Shown: positions 60,878-64,000 of the stretch, piece after piece | Layout: each line of letters begins with the position of its first letter | Numbering within the stretch: position 1 is the first letter of the stretch | DNA from: Scyliorhinus canicula | Lineage: Eukaryota | Length of the DNA: 64,000 nucleotides | NCBI RefSeq assembly: GCF_902713615.1 | Contig: NC_052172.1 | Coordinates: 12,752,185-12,816,184 of the forward strand | Direction: 5' to 3' | Made by a program: the position numbers and the translations under genes | The notes under the pieces: generated by a model | Told to the model about the DNA's origin: nothing | The model's database searches: none | The model's input: the letters and a program-made list of their open reading frames with translations, nothing else

Positions 60878-61479
60878 GTAAGTCTGCGCCAATGCGGTTC
60901 GATAAAATGCGCTAACGGACCTGATTCCAGTCTGGGAAGCGAAACTGCCGCTGATACATTGAGAGCCTGGCCTCCCTTCCCCACTGACCGTTTCCCGGGA
61001 CATTTCAGCGTCAATTTCAATGGAAATCGACGCGATGGATTGAACCGGTGGAATTCCGCATCGCCACCTTGTTTAGACTTGAGATGGGGGGTCCTCACAC
61101 ACACACACACACAGACAACACGTAGGCTTATTTATTTATCGCAGTTGATATATTCTCCATGCTGAAATGGGTGAATGTGGATCTATTCCTGTGTGTGTGT
61201 GTTTGGCCTGTTGCAGGTCGCCACCATGAGTTTGTGTTAAGCCAATTCTCCCCGCTCCGGCTCTTTCAACGTCCTTTGAATTAAAGAGCAGAGAACATGG
61301 GCTGCTTGCAAATCGGTGACGCTTCTTGAGGCAGGATGAATCAGAAACCCCCCTCCCCCAAAAAACACACAGAACAAGGAGAGGGGCAGCCTTGTTGACC
61401 TTGAGAGCGAGTATTAGGAATCTTAAACCCAAATTGACACAATAAAGCGCTGTCATCTCTATTAATCCTACCCTCTGAT

Positions 61480-64000
61480 CAACACCACACAGGCTGATTA
61501 CATTGTGTTGGAGATGGATAAACATCACACAGGCTGGTAACGTTGTGTTGGAGATTGATAAACACCACACAGGCTGGTTATATTGTGTTGGAGATTGATA
61601 AACATCACACAAGCTAGTTGGATTGTGTTGGACAATGATAAACACCACACAGACTGGTAAATTGTGTTGGAGTTTGATAAAACATTACACAGATTGGTTC
61701 CATTGTGTTGGACAATGATAAACACCACACAGACTGGTATATTGTGTTCTAGATTGGGAAACATCACACAGGCTGGTTACATTGTGTTGGAGATTGATAA
61801 ACATCACACAGAATAGGTTACATTGTGTTGTAGATTAATTAACAGCAAACAGAATGGTTGCATTGTGTTGGAGATTGATAAACACCACACAGGCTGGTTA
61901 TATTGTGTTGGAGATTGATAAATGCCACACAAGCTAGTTACATTGTGTTGCAGTTTGATAAACACCACACAGGCTGGTTACATTGTGTTGGAGATTGATA
62001 CACATCACACAGGCTAGTTTCATTGTGTTGTAGATTGATAAACACCACACAGACTTGTTACATTGTGTTGGAGATTGATACACATCACACAGGCTAGTTT
62101 CATTGTGTTGGAGATTGATACACATCACGCAGGCGAGTTACATTGCATTGGATATTGATACACACAACACAGGCTGGTTACATTGTGTTGTGGAGATTGA
62201 TACACACCACACAGGCTTGTTACATTGTGTTGGAGATTGATAAACACCACACAGGCTGGTTATATTGTGTTGGAGATTGATAAATGCCACACAAGCTGGT
62301 TACATTGTGTTGCAGTTTGATAAACACCACACAGGCTGGTTATGTGTGTTGTAGATTGATAAACACCACACAGACTTGTTACATTGTGTTGGAGATTGAT
62401 AAACACCACACGTGCTGGTTACATTGTGTTGGAGGTTGATACACACCACACAGGCTGGTTATGTGTGTTGTAGATTGATAAACACCACACAGACTTGTTA
62501 CATTGTGTTGGAGATTGATAAACACCACACATGCTGGTTACATTGTGTTGGAGGTTGATACACACCACACAGACTGGTTACATTGTGTTGGAGGTTGATA
62601 CACACCACACAGGGTCGTTACATTGTGTTGGAGATTGACAAACATCACACAGACTGGTTAAATTGTATTGGAGATTGATAAATATTATACAGCCTAGTTA
62701 CATTGTGTTGGAGATTGGTAAACATCACACAGGCTGGTTACATTGTGTTGCAGATTGACAGACATCACACATGCTGGTTATATTGTGTTTGTGATTGATA
62801 AAAATGACAAAGATTGGTTACAATGTGTTGAAGATTGATACACATCACACAGGCTGGTTACATTGTGTTGGAGATTGATAAACATCACACTGGCTGATTA
62901 TATTGTGTTGGAGATTGATAAACATCACACAGGCTGATTACATTGTGTTGGAGATTGATAAACCTCACACTGGCTGATTATATTGTGTTGGAGATTGATA
63001 AACATCACACAGGCTGATTACATTGTGTTGGAGATTGATAAACCTCACACAGGCTGACTATACTATGTTGGAGATTGATAAGCATCACACAGGCTGGTTA
63101 CATTGTGTTGGACATTGATAATCGTCACATAGACTGGTCACATTGTGCTGGAGATTGATAAACATAACACAGGCTGGTTACATTGTGCTGGAGATTGATA
63201 AACATCACACAAACTTGTTACATTGTGTTATAGATTGATAAACACCACACAGGCTGGTTACATTGTGTTGGAGATTGATAAACATTACACAAGCTGGTGA
63301 TATTGTGTTGGAGATTGATAAACACCACACAGGCTGATTACATTGTGTTGGAGATTGATAAACATCACACAGGCTGGTTACATTGTGCTGGAGATTGATA
63401 AACATAACACAGGCTGGTTACATTGCGTTGGATATTGATACACTCCACACAGGCTGATTACATTGTGTTGGAGATTGACAAACATCACACAGGCTGGTTA
63501 CATTGTGTTGGAGATTGATAAACATAACACAGGCTGGTTACATTGCGTTGGATATTGATACACTCCACACAGACTGGTTACATTGTGTTGGAGATTGACA
63601 AACGTCACACAGACTGGTTACATTGTATTGGTGATTGGTAAACATCACACAGACTGGTTCCATTGTGTTTGACACTGATAAACACCACACAGGCTGGTTA
63701 CATTGTTTTGGAGATTGATAAACATCACACAGGCTGGTTCCATTGTGTTTGACACTGATAAACACCACACAGGCTGGTACATTGTGTTTCAGATTGATGC
63801 ACATCACACAGTCTGGTTACATTGTGTTGCAGTTTCATAAACATCACACACGCTTTTTATATTGTGTTGGAGATTGATAAACATCACACAGAATGGTTAC
63901 ATTGTGTTATAGATTAATAAACAGCAAACAGAATGGTTGCATTGTGTTGAAGATTGATAAATATCACACAGACTGGTTACATTGTGTTGGAGATTGATAA
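61480..64000. repeat. 40-bp tandem repeat, >60 copies, running off the right edge
   Basis: Unit GGCTGGTTACATTGTGTTGGAGATTGATAAACATCACACA. Confidence 0.97.

Overview
Repeat-rich vertebrate genomic DNA, almost certainly from a shark or other elasmobranch: it is dense in HE1/V-SINE-type tRNA SINEs, CR1/HER1-like LINEs and Deu-type SINEs. Most long ORFs in the track are artefacts of tandem repeats. By hand I assembled two spliced minus-strand genes. (1) A complete 12-exon PRSS16 (thymus-specific serine protease, peptidase S28; CDS 43379 to 13422, 1524 nt, 507 aa, intact Ser/Asp/His triad, all junctions GT-AG and phase-compatible). (2) Exons 1-3 of DMAC2/ATP5SL (10051 to 1424), continuing off the left edge. 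The standout element is an apparently intact 2140-bp Mutator-superfamily (Phantom-like) DNA transposon at 51662-53801. It has a FLYWCH+DDE transposase, ~183-bp sub-repeated TIRs and a perfect 9-bp TSD, and it splits a SINE. Also present: a hairpin Penelope-like element carrying a minimal hammerhead-ribozyme motif, a TA-flanked MITE built of nested hairpins, a poly(A)-tailed SINE subfamily with long TSDs (L1-type mobilisation), solo LTRs, L1/Tx1/hAT remnants and several minisatellite arrays. Gene and family names come from recalled motifs, not from database searches.
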